A stretch of DNA of 64,000 bases from Spirochaetia bacterium. GTDB taxonomy: Bacteria; Spirochaetota; Spirochaetia; UBA9216. Below the pieces are notes generated by a model that was given only the letters and a program-made list of their open reading frames with translations, searched no databases and had not been told where the DNA came from. The position numbers and the translations under genes were made by a program. Numbering within the stretch: the stretch's first letter is position 1; each line of letters begins with the position of its first letter. Positions 9,294 to 19,506 of the stretch are shown here, in pieces. The stretch covers positions 1,312,001 to 1,376,000 of the forward strand of contig CAXXYH010000004.1 in the NCBI GenBank assembly GCA_963677925.2, in the 5' to 3' direction.

Positions 9294-10814
9294 CTAAATT
9301 GTTGCGCTTGCCATTATTTTTTCAGGGGTTGCATCTTTAATATCAAATTCAGCAGTCTGAACACCTTCAGAGATGACATAGACCCTGTCGCACATTCCCA
9401 GTATTTCGGGCAGTTCCGAGGAAATTATCATTATGCTCATGCCCCGGGCTACTAAATCATTGATAATTGTGTATATTTCGTATTTTGCACCGACATCAAT
9501 TCCGCGTGTCGGTTCATCAAGAATTAATATTTTCGGTTCAATAAAAAGCCATTTACTAACCTGAACCTTCTGCTGGTTTCCACCGCTGAGGTTTTTAACC
9601 TGCTGCAGGATTGACGGGGTTTTTATGCCGATGTCTTTTACATACTGTTCTGCATACTTGTTTTGTTTGAAGAAATCGATTACTCCCATTTTGGATATTT
9701 TCTTCAGTGAAGAAATTGTTATGTTCTGACCTATAGTCTCACTGAGTATCAATCCGTCATTTTTTCTGTCCTCAGAAACATAAGCGATTCCGTGAGCTAT
9801 TGCTTTTTTTGGTGAAGATAGTTTTACAGCTTTTCCGAATACTATTGTGGATCCTGTAATTTTATATTTTTTAGGATTCCCGAAAATGCTGTGTGCAAGT
9901 TCTGTTCTTCCCGCGCCCATTAATCCGGCAATTCCTACTACTTCGCCCTGACGGATTTTAATATTGGAATCATTAACAAGGTAGCGGTTAATGTTTGTGT
10001 CAAAAGCATTAAAATGGACCGTCTCAAGAACGACATCACCGCCTTTGTATTCAGGTCTTTTAGGGAATATGTCATCTATCTCGCGGCCAACCATGTTTTT
10101 AATTATTTCACGTTCATTGATTTCAGATTTTGTCATTCTTGCAACGGTCTTGCCGTCACGCAAAACCGTGATGGAGTCGGCAACAGCTTCTACTTCTTTT
10201 AACTTATGAGAAATCATAATTGAAGTAATGCCTTCTTTTTTAAGGCTAACCAGCAGTTGTAATAAATTGGCGCTGTCGTCCTCATTCAATGCCGCTGTCG
10301 GCTCATCTAAAATCAGCAGCTTTACATTCTGGCTTAATGCCTTTGCAATTTCGATCAGCTGCTGCTTTCCAACTCCTAATGATCCAACAAGACTGTATAA
10401 ATCAACATTAAGACCTACCATATCCAGGTATTTCTTTGCTTCTTTTTTGGTCCTGTCCCAGTCCATTAAAGAGAATTTATTATTCAGTTCGTGACCGACA
10501 AAAACGTTTTCATATACTGTAAGGTTAGGGAAAAGTTCCAGTTCCTGATTTATGATTACAATACCAACATTTACTGAATCTTTTATTCCATGAAAATGTT
10601 TTATTTTTCCATCAAATATAATATCTCCGTCATAATCTCCATAGGGATAGATTCCGCTCAGTACCTTCATCAAAGTTGATTTCCCGGCGCCGTTCTCACC
10701 GACTATAAAATGGATTTCGCCGTTTTCAACGGAGATATCCACTTCTTCCAGTGCTTTAACACCCGGAAACGTCTTTGTGATAGACTTCATCTGTAATATT
10801 AAATTGTTATCCAA
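9294..10814 (-). CDS. Sugar ABC ATP-binding protein with two ABC domains (GguA/XylG-like)
   Basis: GENGAGKST, LDEPT, LSGGNQQK, DEPTRGIDVGAK; TTG start with GAGGTG SD. Confidence 0.95.
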   Translation of the reverse strand: MDNNLILQMKSITKTFPGVKALEEVDISVENGEIHFIVGENGAGKSTLMKVLSGIYPYGDYDGDIIFDGKIKHFHGIKDSVNVGIVIINQELELFPNLTVYENVFVGHELNNKFSLMDWDRTKKEAKKYLDMVGLNVDLYSLVGSLGVGKQQLIEIAKALSQNVKLLILDEPTAALNEDDSANLLQLLVSLKKEGITSIMISHKLKEVEAVADSITVLRDGKTVARMTKSEINEREIIKNMVGREIDDIFPKRPEYKGGDVVLETVHFNAFDTNINRYLVNDSNIKIRQGEVVGIAGLMGAGRTELAHSIFGNPKKYKITGSTIVFGKAVKLSSPKKAIAHGIAYVSEDRKNDGLILSETIGQNITISSLKKISKMGVIDFFKQNKYAEQYVKDIGIKTPSILQQVKNLSGGNQQKVQVSKWLFIEPKILILDEPTRGIDVGAKYEIYTIINDLVARGMSIMIISSELPEILGMCDRVYVISEGVQTAEFDIKDATPEKIMASATI

Positions 10815-11025
10815 AAAACACCTCTTAACTAATTCTGTCTTATTGACAGTTTAAAAACTCCAATCAGGCAGTTAATCAATTCAAGATTTAAAATTATGAG
10901 CTTTTTATTACTGTATTAATTTTAATAGGGATATTATGAATCCGATACAGGACTTATCTGATATGCTTAGGCTATTATTGACATTGGGTAAAAAAAATTA
11001 AAAAATAATAGGACAATTTTATAAT

Positions 11026-12051
11026 TCAGGGTGTAATTTTGCGGTAAACATCATCTTTTGAATGAAATCCATCCTTTATAACTGTCTCATCCATTTTATC
11101 CTTATCAACTGCGATAGGGGTTTCAACAAAAAAAGGTATATCTCTCCCGCTGTTGTTGTTGATATACTGGTCCGGTTCCGGAGTTTCATTCATGGCCATA
11201 TTTACTGCAAGCTGAGCAGCGCGTTCTGCCAGTCTGGCTATTGGTTTATATACTGTAATCAGCTGAGTTCCTTCCATTATTCTCTGGCAGGAAAGGAGAT
11301 CGGCATCCTGGCCGACAACTGCAACCTGTCCGGCGAGTCTCCTTTCTGAGAGCAGACGAATTGCCGCTTCAGCTATCATATCGTTAGCTCCCGATATTGC
11401 CTGTATATCCTGTGTCCTTTCCAGGACTGCTCCAATCTTTTTTGTGGCTTCATCAAAACTCCACTCATCAAGCCATATCTCCTCAACCAGTTTGATTTCC
11501 CCACTTCTCAGATAAGGATCAAGTATTTGATGCAGGCCCTTGTTGACTTCATAACTGTTGTTGTCACGGACAGATCCGTTTACGATCAAATAATTTCCAC
11601 GAGGGCTGGCCTTCAGCAGTGCACGTGCAAGCAGTCTCCCGACTTCCTTGTTGTCAAAAGAAACATAGCCGGTAATGGGGACATTCATTACGGGTCTGTC
11701 ATATGATAAAACAGGAATACCTTTATCCAGAATTTTTTTAATTATTCCGGAAAGCATTTCCATATCTTCCGGGATAACGACCAGAACATCTATATCCTGC
11801 TCCAGTAGATACTGTATCTGTGGTATCTGTCCCATTGCATTTCCGGGTGATTTAGCAAAAATTACCTCTGCATCATATTCTCTTGCTGCGGCCATGAATA
11901 TCTTGATATCACGATCCCAGCGTTCAAGAAGAAATGTATCTGAAGCTGCAGAAAATCCTATCCTCACGCCTGATTTATCTTCTTCTTTCTTAGTGCATGA
12001 AATTGAGATAATTAGAATGAATAAAATGAAAATAATCCTTTTTTTTACCAT
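11026..12051 (-). CDS. XylF-like sugar-binding lipoprotein
   Basis: Lipobox ISISC; ERWDRD, LSYDR, YVSFDN, GQDAD, TVYKPI. Confidence 0.88.
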   Translation of the reverse strand: MVKKRIIFILFILIISISCTKKEEDKSGVRIGFSAASDTFLLERWDRDIKIFMAAAREYDAEVIFAKSPGNAMGQIPQIQYLLEQDIDVLVVIPEDMEMLSGIIKKILDKGIPVLSYDRPVMNVPITGYVSFDNKEVGRLLARALLKASPRGNYLIVNGSVRDNNSYEVNKGLHQILDPYLRSGEIKLVEEIWLDEWSFDEATKKIGAVLERTQDIQAISGANDMIAEAAIRLLSERRLAGQVAVVGQDADLLSCQRIMEGTQLITVYKPIARLAERAAQLAVNMAMNETPEPDQYINNNSGRDIPFFVETPIAVDKDKMDETVIKDGFHSKDDVYRKITP

Positions 12052-12053
12052 TA

Positions 12054-13544
12054 TTATAAACCTTCTTTCTCCAGATCTGATGGTGATATGCCCATATGGC
12101 GCCTGAAAATTCTGCTGAAATAATTGGGGTCCTGATACCCGACAAGGGATGCCACTTCCTTAATGGAATATTTTTTTCCTTCAAGCAATGTGATGGCTTT
12201 ATTGAGTCGAAACTGATTTATGTAATCAACAAAATTGGTGCCCAAATACTCTTTAAACAACCGGCTTAGATAACTGCTTGTGACATTGCAGGCTTCTGCA
12301 ACCATTGAAAGCTGTATCGGTTTCTGAAAATTTTCTCTTATGTAAACTATCGCGGCGATAAGCGGTCTCGGGTAGGACTGATCTTTACCCAGCTGTATGT
12401 GCATTCTAAGGCTGTCAAAAATCTGTGTAGACCAGCGCTGCCACTCTTCGATGGAATTAAGAACCATGATTTCTTCAGCCGGATCAAAATTAAAATTGGA
12501 TGAAATTAAGACCTGTTTATCTATTCTGCTTAATACAAGAGAAAATAATGAAACCATTTTTCCAAGAGCTACCTGAAAGCTGAGTTTATTGAATATCTCA
12601 ATCCAGAACTCTTCAAAAATATTTTTAGCATTATCATTCTTTGTGTCTATGATGCTGCTGCATACTGACTTGATTTTTTCCCAGCCCGGGAAATAGGAAT
12701 CCTCTTTTTCAGAAGCTATTGCAAAAGGCTGGAATGCTTCAGAGAAAGAACTGTGTAATGAAGTTAAAGGATAAACCCCGCCCTTGCCCTGTATGAATGT
12801 ATAGGGATTGAGTTTTTTTATGATGTCATCAAGATAAAAATCCAGTTTGTTTAAGCTTTTTTCTTCAGGAAAGAAAATGAGCATTCTTCCTGCAACGATT
12901 GTACTGAGGCAGAAGAATTTATATTGTATTTTTTCTTTGATTATTTCGTAGTTTGAGTTTTTGATGTCTTCAGAAATATCGCCTGTAGCTTCAAGCAGAT
13001 AAATGGAACCGCGATCACTGTTTATTGAAAACAGGCTTAAAAACTTGTTCCAGTCATTTTTATTGTGGTCTCTCCACATCAAGCCGCATAAAAAACGTTT
13101 AGTTTCTTCGTTCTTTGTTTTCTTTAGAAGCTGGGTATCCTCAAGACTTCTCAGTTCCATTTCTCTTAAATTATCAAGATGGATTTTTACTCTCGAAAGT
13201 TCATCAAGGAGCCTCTGTCGTGAAACCGGTTTAACAATATAACTGAAAACACCCAGAGGGATTGCTTTTTGAGCGATATCAAAACGCTCATATGCAGTAG
13301 CCAGAATAAATACGGTCTTCGGGAAACTTTTTCTGACCTGCTCGATAGCATCAATTCCATTTATTCCGGGCATTTGAATATCCATGAAAACCAGATCGGG
13401 TGACAGCTCGTATATCAGCCTGACTGCTTCTGTTCCGGACCTTGCTTTTGCGCAAAGTTCAAAGTCTGTTGTATTGTTGCTGAGTATAAATGCAAAACTG
13501 TCTAAAACAGGTTCTTCATCATCAACTATCATAACTTGATACAT
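12054..13544 (-). CDS. YesN-type response regulator (receiver + AraC HTH)
   Basis: IVDDE, DIQMPG, KP; C-terminal SYLSRLFK and VGYQDPNYFSRIF. Confidence 0.93.
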   Translation of the reverse strand: MYQVMIVDDEEPVLDSFAFILSNNTTDFELCAKARSGTEAVRLIYELSPDLVFMDIQMPGINGIDAIEQVRKSFPKTVFILATAYERFDIAQKAIPLGVFSYIVKPVSRQRLLDELSRVKIHLDNLREMELRSLEDTQLLKKTKNEETKRFLCGLMWRDHNKNDWNKFLSLFSINSDRGSIYLLEATGDISEDIKNSNYEIIKEKIQYKFFCLSTIVAGRMLIFFPEEKSLNKLDFYLDDIIKKLNPYTFIQGKGGVYPLTSLHSSFSEAFQPFAIASEKEDSYFPGWEKIKSVCSSIIDTKNDNAKNIFEEFWIEIFNKLSFQVALGKMVSLFSLVLSRIDKQVLISSNFNFDPAEEIMVLNSIEEWQRWSTQIFDSLRMHIQLGKDQSYPRPLIAAIVYIRENFQKPIQLSMVAEACNVTSSYLSRLFKEYLGTNFVDYINQFRLNKAITLLEGKKYSIKEVASLVGYQDPNYFSRIFRRHMGISPSDLEKEGL

Positions 13545-15010
13545 GGCTGAACCTCGGTATGTATTCTAATCTCAATGTTTGTTCCTTCGTCAGGATGAGA
13601 CTTTATATCAATGACATCTTTATGGTCAGGGTAAAAGAAATAACATCGCTGTATAACATTTTCCAATCCCATTACTTTGGAACTGAACTGGTAATCATGA
13701 ATATGCGAAGCTAATAATTTCCTGACTGTTTTTTCTGGAATACCATCCCCGTCGTCCTGAACTGAGATCAGCAGAACGGGATCGTTGAAGCTGATATGAA
13801 CTGTAATCGTTCCTATGCCTTCCTTATTCTTGAACGCATGAAGTACGGAATTTTCTACAAGAGGCTGCAGTATCATTGACGGGCATGTGTATTTATCAAG
13901 GAGTTCTTCATCTACATTAAGAACAAAATTCAGCGTTTTGGGAAATCTGATTTTCAGTATGCTGTAATAAGATTTCAAACCGTCAAGCTCATGACGCAGC
14001 GGGACAAAAAACTGTTTTTCTCTGATGTTGTACCGGAAAAGAGCCGCAAGACTTTCCATAAACTCTGCGGTCCTGTCGGCATTTTCTACTATGGCCAGCT
14101 GCACTCCGGTATTGATTGTATTAAACAGGAAGTGAGGATTCATTTGCGCCTGAAGTGTGTACAGTTCCATCCTTTTCAGCATCTGTTCCATTTTTAGATT
14201 TCTAACCCGTTCCGTCATAATCTCCTGTTCCATTTCTTTCTGTTTATGCAGCTCTTCAACAAACTGGCGGATATTAAGTTTCATGTCATTAAAAGCTTCC
14301 GAAACCTGATTGACTTCATTTACAGAATCAAAATGCATGTCAGGTATATCGAATTCGCCGTTTGAAAGTTTACCGGCCATGAGTGATAACTCGTACATAG
14401 GGGTTACGATATTATTGATTGTCTGCATCAGAAGGGTGAACGAGAAGGCGGTGGCAAGCAGTATCTGGATTATGCTGTAAAGCTGCATCCTGCGAAAAAG
14501 ACTCAGAAAATTCCTGTACTCTTCCAATTGAACGCGGAAACCAATCAGACTTGCGTAATTTATTTTATCAGTTATGTAGGTATACAGGTTGTAAAGGTTT
14601 TGATAGTTTTCAGTATATTCCTTCACCCTGTGCCCGCGTTTCTGTTCAATAATCTGGTTCAGCTGGATTAAATAATTTTCAAGTAGAAAGGACAATTCTC
14701 TTTTTATCAGATCTGAATCATTCGCTGTTATTTTGCGCTGAATAGGAATTGATTCATTTAATATTTCTATTTTATACAGGAGTTTTGAAAGTGATGAAGA
14801 AGAGTAGGTTGTCAGGTAATTTTCAAGGGGCGCCTGGATATCAGTCAGATGCATCTGAATTTCCTGAAGAAACTGTTCATCTTCAAACCTCTTGTCTGCT
14901 ATATTTTGAATCTTCAGTGAGTTGTAAAATACAAAGCCCAGAGACACCACAATGATTACCATACTGATGGTGAAATAGATCAGCAGTCTGTTCTTGATTG
15001 AATTATTCAT
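13529..15010 (-). CDS. LytS/YesM-type sensor histidine kinase
   Basis: Two TM, HAMP, LQAQMNPHFLFNT, LQPLVENS, DDGDG; likely ATG at 15010. Confidence 0.93.
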   Translation of the reverse strand: MNNSIKNRLLIYFTISMVIIVVSLGFVFYNSLKIQNIADKRFEDEQFLQEIQMHLTDIQAPLENYLTTYSSSSLSKLLYKIEILNESIPIQRKITANDSDLIKRELSFLLENYLIQLNQIIEQKRGHRVKEYTENYQNLYNLYTYITDKINYASLIGFRVQLEEYRNFLSLFRRMQLYSIIQILLATAFSFTLLMQTINNIVTPMYELSLMAGKLSNGEFDIPDMHFDSVNEVNQVSEAFNDMKLNIRQFVEELHKQKEMEQEIMTERVRNLKMEQMLKRMELYTLQAQMNPHFLFNTINTGVQLAIVENADRTAEFMESLAALFRYNIREKQFFVPLRHELDGLKSYYSILKIRFPKTLNFVLNVDEELLDKYTCPSMILQPLVENSVLHAFKNKEGIGTITVHISFNDPVLLISVQDDGDGIPEKTVRKLLASHIHDYQFSSKVMGLENVIQRCYFFYPDHKDVIDIKSHPDEGTNIEIRIHTEVQPCIKL

Positions 15011-15959
15011 TTGTCTTTCCTGAAAGGATGGTGATGCCTGTATCTGCATAGGCAGATGTGTACCCGTTTGTACTAAGTTCTTTCAGGGCCATAACAGTTG
15101 AAAAACCTATGCGGTAAGGGTTTCTGACTATACTGCCCAGAAGTACTCCTTTTTCAATATATGATTTTATTGTTTCATGCTCCCCGAAGCCGATTATCTG
15201 GACCTTGCCGACAAGGTTCATATCTATGATAGTCTGGACTGTCATTAGAGTGTCATTGGCATCTGTGAGGGCAATAATATCAATTGAAGGATCCGATCTT
15301 AATAAATCATAGGCAAGCATTCCGGTGGCAAGAGGATTTAAACTGGTTTCTTCTGTATTCAATACGGATAATTTATTGCCAAGAACTGTTTTAAGTCCCA
15401 TTTCAACAAGGTTTCTGTCGGACAGAACACCGGGGCTTTTTTTACTGTAAACAAGAACCATATTCAGCCTGTCGATTCCGGTATCAAGAGCCAGCTGACC
15501 TATTCCTTTTCCTACATCAAAATTATTTGTTCCGATGAAAATGGAATCGGTCCCCTGAATGATTTCATTTTCGATCTGTACTACAGGAAGTCCTTCTTTA
15601 AGAATTTCAGATACATACTGAAGTTTACTCCTGTCTTTTTCGTAAAGGTATAAGCCGAATCCGTCAAACCCGGAATATCTGGCCATTTCAAAACTGAGCG
15701 GATCGGAATCTATTGAATGAAAGCTGATTGCACAGTCCCTTGATTCTGCGGCTTCAATTGCCCCCTCTTTCAATCTGCTGAAATAAGAAGAATTCTCTGC
15801 AGGCAGGAAAAATGCATAGTGGTACATCTTCTCCTCTTCTGCATTTTTATTGTTATCAGAGACAAAAGGCGACTGCAGAAGGAGGCGGACTGAAAAAAAA
15901 AGCAAAACTATAAAGGAGATACCGAACATCAGGGCCATAATCTTGATTATCTTATTCAC
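15003..15959 (-). CDS. Membrane-anchored sugar-sensing SBP (XylFII-like)
   Basis: N-terminal TM, IGTNNFDVG, KVQIIGF, NPYRIG; overlaps kinase start. Confidence 0.8.
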   Translation of the reverse strand: MNKIIKIMALMFGISFIVLLFFSVRLLLQSPFVSDNNKNAEEEKMYHYAFFLPAENSSYFSRLKEGAIEAAESRDCAISFHSIDSDPLSFEMARYSGFDGFGLYLYEKDRSKLQYVSEILKEGLPVVQIENEIIQGTDSIFIGTNNFDVGKGIGQLALDTGIDRLNMVLVYSKKSPGVLSDRNLVEMGLKTVLGNKLSVLNTEETSLNPLATGMLAYDLLRSDPSIDIIALTDANDTLMTVQTIIDMNLVGKVQIIGFGEHETIKSYIEKGVLLGSIVRNPYRIGFSTVMALKELSTNGYTSAYADTGITILSGKTNE

Positions 15960-15965
15960 CCATAA

Positions 15966-15994
15966 ATCTTACAATTCGAATATAAGAATTGTAA
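15966..15994 (-). promoter_or_regulatory. sigma70-like promoter TTACAA-17-TAAGAT overlapped by inverted repeat TTACAATTC-N8-GAATTGTAA
   Basis: Read directly; -10 lies 6 nt from the GTG start. Confidence 0.6.
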
Positions 15995-16159
15995 AGTTTT
16001 TTATCTATAAAATCAGTTATTCCTTTTTGTATATAAATCACGCCGAAATAAATATTTCACTAACAAACTGCAGAATGATAATATATGGATAAAAATAGAC
16101 TTTAATATTGTTTAAATATCAAAAAATTTACCTAAGACTTTTCAAGGAGATAGAATAGA

Positions 16160-17215
16160 ATGAAAGCTTTAGCATTATACGGTCCCGGTGACCTTAGGCT
16201 TGAAGACCGTCCAGTTCCGCATCCGGGTCCTAATCAGCTTGTTGTAAAGATGAACTATGTCGGCATCTGCGGTACCGATGTGGAATTTTATGCAGGACAT
16301 TATCCTCCTTTTATCGAGCTTCCTATGGTTCTCGGCCATGAAAATGCCGGTACTGTTGTTGAAGTAGGAGAGGGTGTAACCGGCTTTGCTGTCGGTGATA
16401 AACTGCTTTGCGGACCTCCGACGGCCTGTGCCGATATGTGTCCGTCATGCAGGGAGGGGAAGACCAATATCTGCATCAACGGCTTTCCGAATACCCCGGG
16501 TATAGGCGGTCCGGACGGCGGCTACTGCGAGTACTTTCTTGTGCGTGATGTAGCACACACCATGCTGATTAAGATTCCCGATGAAGTGGATATGAAGGAT
16601 GCAGTCCTGTTTGACGTAATCTGTGTTGCCCTTCACGGTATAAGAAAATCGACCTTCAAAACCGGTGATAATGTCGTTGTCAGCGGTACCGGCCCCATCG
16701 GACTGGCAGCAATCCAGTTTCTGAAAGCGGGAGGGGCTAACAGGATTATTGTTCTAGGTACCTCCGATGAGAAGGAACCGATTCTAAAGCAGTACGGTGC
16801 CGATTACTTTATAAACTCAAAAAAGTGTGAGGACCTCGGCGGCGAGATTAAAAAGATTTTAGGAACACCGGTAGGTGCTGATGTTGTCTTTGAGTGCGCT
16901 GGAAATCCGGCAAGTTTCAACAACTGTGTTTTTCAGGCGGTAAAACCCGGCGGACAGGTTGTGGTAATTGGAACAATCAACGAGCCCTTTGAAATTACTC
17001 CGGGCCGTTTCTCAATTTTTGAGCCGGATTTACTTTTCACCTTTGTCTACACTGAGGAAGAAGTCATTATGTACCTTGAAATGCTGGCTGCCGGAAAAAT
17101 TTCATTTCCGGGAATGGTAACGGGCGTTCTCAGCCTTGATGATGCCGTTGAAAAGTATATCGGTGCCGAGAGCCGCAAGGGTCATCTGAAAGTTTTAATT
17201 GACCCTAGTCTTTAA
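16160..17215 (+). CDS. Zinc-dependent medium-chain alcohol dehydrogenase
   Basis: GICGTD, LGHE, structural-Zn C..CPSC..C, GTGPIG; AAGGAG SD. Confidence 0.92.
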   Translation: MKALALYGPGDLRLEDRPVPHPGPNQLVVKMNYVGICGTDVEFYAGHYPPFIELPMVLGHENAGTVVEVGEGVTGFAVGDKLLCGPPTACADMCPSCREGKTNICINGFPNTPGIGGPDGGYCEYFLVRDVAHTMLIKIPDEVDMKDAVLFDVICVALHGIRKSTFKTGDNVVVSGTGPIGLAAIQFLKAGGANRIIVLGTSDEKEPILKQYGADYFINSKKCEDLGGEIKKILGTPVGADVVFECAGNPASFNNCVFQAVKPGGQVVVIGTINEPFEITPGRFSIFEPDLLFTFVYTEEEVIMYLEMLAAGKISFPGMVTGVLSLDDAVEKYIGAESRKGHLKVLIDPSL

Positions 17216-17234
17216 TTTAATGGAGTAATAATAG

Positions 17235-19151
17235 ATGAAACAGTTTCCGCATGTATTTTCACCTGTCCGTGTGGGCGGTGTTATACTGAAAAATAGAATA
17301 ATTTCTGCCCCGAGCACAATTCACAGTTCCTCTTCAGGGCAGCCTTACCCGACAGAGGAGGGGCTTCGTTTTTTTGAACAGCGGGCAATTGCAGGGGCGG
17401 GGCTGGTAACCTGCGCCGGTGTGAGCCTCGGCGGCGCGTTCAACGACGGCCTTCATTGTTCATGGGATACCAAGATGGGGAACAAGACAAACCGTCTGGT
17501 TGATTTGACCGAGAGGATACATCTCTACGGCGCAAAATGTACGATGGAGCTTATCGGAGTATTTCCTGACGGCTACACAGTATCCGACGGATGTTCCATC
17601 ATGGGTTCTCCACCTATCGGCCGCGAAATTCCAAAAGAAAAGATGGACTGGTTTCGTGACGAGTATATTGAAACCTCGGCTGTTTTAAAGAAGACAGGCT
17701 TTGACGGTGTGATGCTCCATTTTGGACACAGCATCCCGATTGCTCAGTTTTTAAGTCCGATTACCAATAAAAGGACTGATAAATACGGAGGCTCAACTGA
17801 AAACCGCTGCCGTTATATTGTAGAAATCCTTAAAGGAATAAGGGCTGCCTGCGGAAATGATTTTATTATCGATGTCAGGATGTCCGGTGACGAGTTTGAA
17901 AAGGGCGGAATTGATCAGGAAGAAGGTCTCCGCATAGCCGAAATGCTTCAGGAATACTGCGACATCCTCCAGGCCAGTGCCGGTATGCATAACCCTGACT
18001 GGATGACATGGACGCATCCCTGCGGATTCCTTCCTCCCAACCCGAATGTTTACATTGCCGAAGGCTGGAAGAAGTCAGGTAAGATCGATAAGTGCTTTGT
18101 TACTGCAATCGGGGGAATCTCGAAACTTCAGGACTGTGAGGATATTCTTGCAAACGGCAAGGCTGACTTTGTGATGGTGGCACGGCAGTTCTTTGCCGAC
18201 CCCGACTGGATTAAGAAAACTCTGGAGGGCCGTGCAGATGATGTTACTCCCTGTATCAAGTGCATGCGCTGCCACGACTCGGACAACTATGCCCAGCACC
18301 TGCTCTGTGCTGTAAACCCGCGCTGCGGGCTGGAGGAGGCGATTGAAAGAGTTCCTTTAACAACTGAAAGAAAGAAAGTTGCGGTAATAGGAGGCGGACC
18401 GGCCGGAATGTTCAGCGCAATGCAGGCTGCAGAACTTGGACATGAAGTTACTCTGTTTGAGAAAACTGATACTCTTGGCGGACTGCTTGAGTATGCAGAT
18501 CATATTCCCTTTAAATGGCCGCTTGCCAACTATAAAAACTGGCTGGTAGAGCAGCTTAAGAAAAGTCCTGTAACGGTGAAAATGAATACTGAAGCCATCC
18601 CTGAAATGGTTAAGGGCTTTGATTCGGTTGTTGTTGCTGTAGGTTCCGAACCCGTTATCCCTTCCTCGATTCCAGGGGTTGAAAATGCAATAACTGCCGT
18701 ATCTGCAGTAGGGCATGAGGATAAACTTGGAAAGAAGGTCACAGTTATCGGGGGAGGCCAGGTTGGTCTTGAAACTGCTGTTCATCTGGAAAGACTTGGG
18801 CATGAAGTTACAATCATCGAGATGATGTCCGAGCTTGCAGGCGATGCTTCAAAAACCCATCGTGATGAGCTTCTTGTTGAAGCACGCAATCATTCTGATA
18901 AAATTAATGTAATTCTGGATGCTGAATGTACAAAAATAGCTGCAGACTCTGTCAGTTATAAAAAGGACGGACAGTCAGCCGATGTTCCTTCAGACAGTGT
19001 TCTGCTTGCTGTAGGTTTGAAGCCTCTTCAGTCTCTGGCAGACAGCTTTATGAACTGTGCCGATGATTTCCATGAAATCGGAGACTGTGTGAAGCCGAGA
19101 ACTGTTGAGTGGTGTACCAAAGAAGGCTTCTACGCTGCGCTTAATATCTAA
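17235..19151 (+). CDS. NADH:flavin oxidoreductase (OYE + 4Fe-4S + FAD; BaiCD/FadH-like)
   Basis: LKNRIISAP, FLSPITNKRTDKYGGS, CIKCMRC..CAVNP, GGGPAG, GGGQVG. Confidence 0.92.
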   Translation: MKQFPHVFSPVRVGGVILKNRIISAPSTIHSSSSGQPYPTEEGLRFFEQRAIAGAGLVTCAGVSLGGAFNDGLHCSWDTKMGNKTNRLVDLTERIHLYGAKCTMELIGVFPDGYTVSDGCSIMGSPPIGREIPKEKMDWFRDEYIETSAVLKKTGFDGVMLHFGHSIPIAQFLSPITNKRTDKYGGSTENRCRYIVEILKGIRAACGNDFIIDVRMSGDEFEKGGIDQEEGLRIAEMLQEYCDILQASAGMHNPDWMTWTHPCGFLPPNPNVYIAEGWKKSGKIDKCFVTAIGGISKLQDCEDILANGKADFVMVARQFFADPDWIKKTLEGRADDVTPCIKCMRCHDSDNYAQHLLCAVNPRCGLEEAIERVPLTTERKKVAVIGGGPAGMFSAMQAAELGHEVTLFEKTDTLGGLLEYADHIPFKWPLANYKNWLVEQLKKSPVTVKMNTEAIPEMVKGFDSVVVAVGSEPVIPSSIPGVENAITAVSAVGHEDKLGKKVTVIGGGQVGLETAVHLERLGHEVTIIEMMSELAGDASKTHRDELLVEARNHSDKINVILDAECTKIAADSVSYKKDGQSADVPSDSVLLAVGLKPLQSLADSFMNCADDFHEIGDCVKPRTVEWCTKEGFYAALNI

Positions 19152-19155
19152 TAAG

Positions 19156-19308
19156 TGAGCTTCTTGCAAAACTCGGTTAGTTTTCAAGAAGCTCTGAAGC
19201 AAAATTTTACATTATTATGTAAAATATTATATAATAACAAATTGTAAAATTTTCTTCATTTACATTAAGGTCGCAATTTTAAAACTTTCTAAGTTTTGAA
19301 ATTGCCTC
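19156..19308. repeat. Cluster of three tandem palindromes (REP/MITE-like)
   Basis: GAGCTTCTTGcAAAACT..AGTTTTCAAGAAGCTC; TGAAGcAAAATTTTACA..TGTAAAATTTTCTTCA; GCAATTTTAAAACTT..AAGTTTTGAAATTGC. Confidence 0.65.
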
Positions 19309-19330
19309 AAGTAACCAAATAATTCAATTC

Positions 19331-19366
19331 AAGGCCTGTATGTTTTTAGCATACAGGCCTTTTTTT
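19331..19366 (+). terminator. Rho-independent terminator
   Basis: AAGGCCTGTATG/CATACAGGCCTT stem plus T-run. Confidence 0.85.
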
Positions 19367-19506
19367 ATAAAAATCTGGTCAAAAATATAACCAATGGGGA
19401 TATAAGCATATTTGTCAAGAAAAAAATACAAATTCTCTTGATTGTTTTTGTAATTAGTATTATTTTATCGATAGAAGATAATTTCATAGATATATGAGGT
19501 AAAGAT

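Noticed and set aside
16028-16042. TGTAT-N6-CACG as a third PucR-type box before the ADH
   Set aside because: No partner box 32 bp away and wrong distance to the -10
19156-19366. CRISPR array or IS element
   Set aside because: No repeated unit with spacers, no cas or transposase; only distinct palindromes
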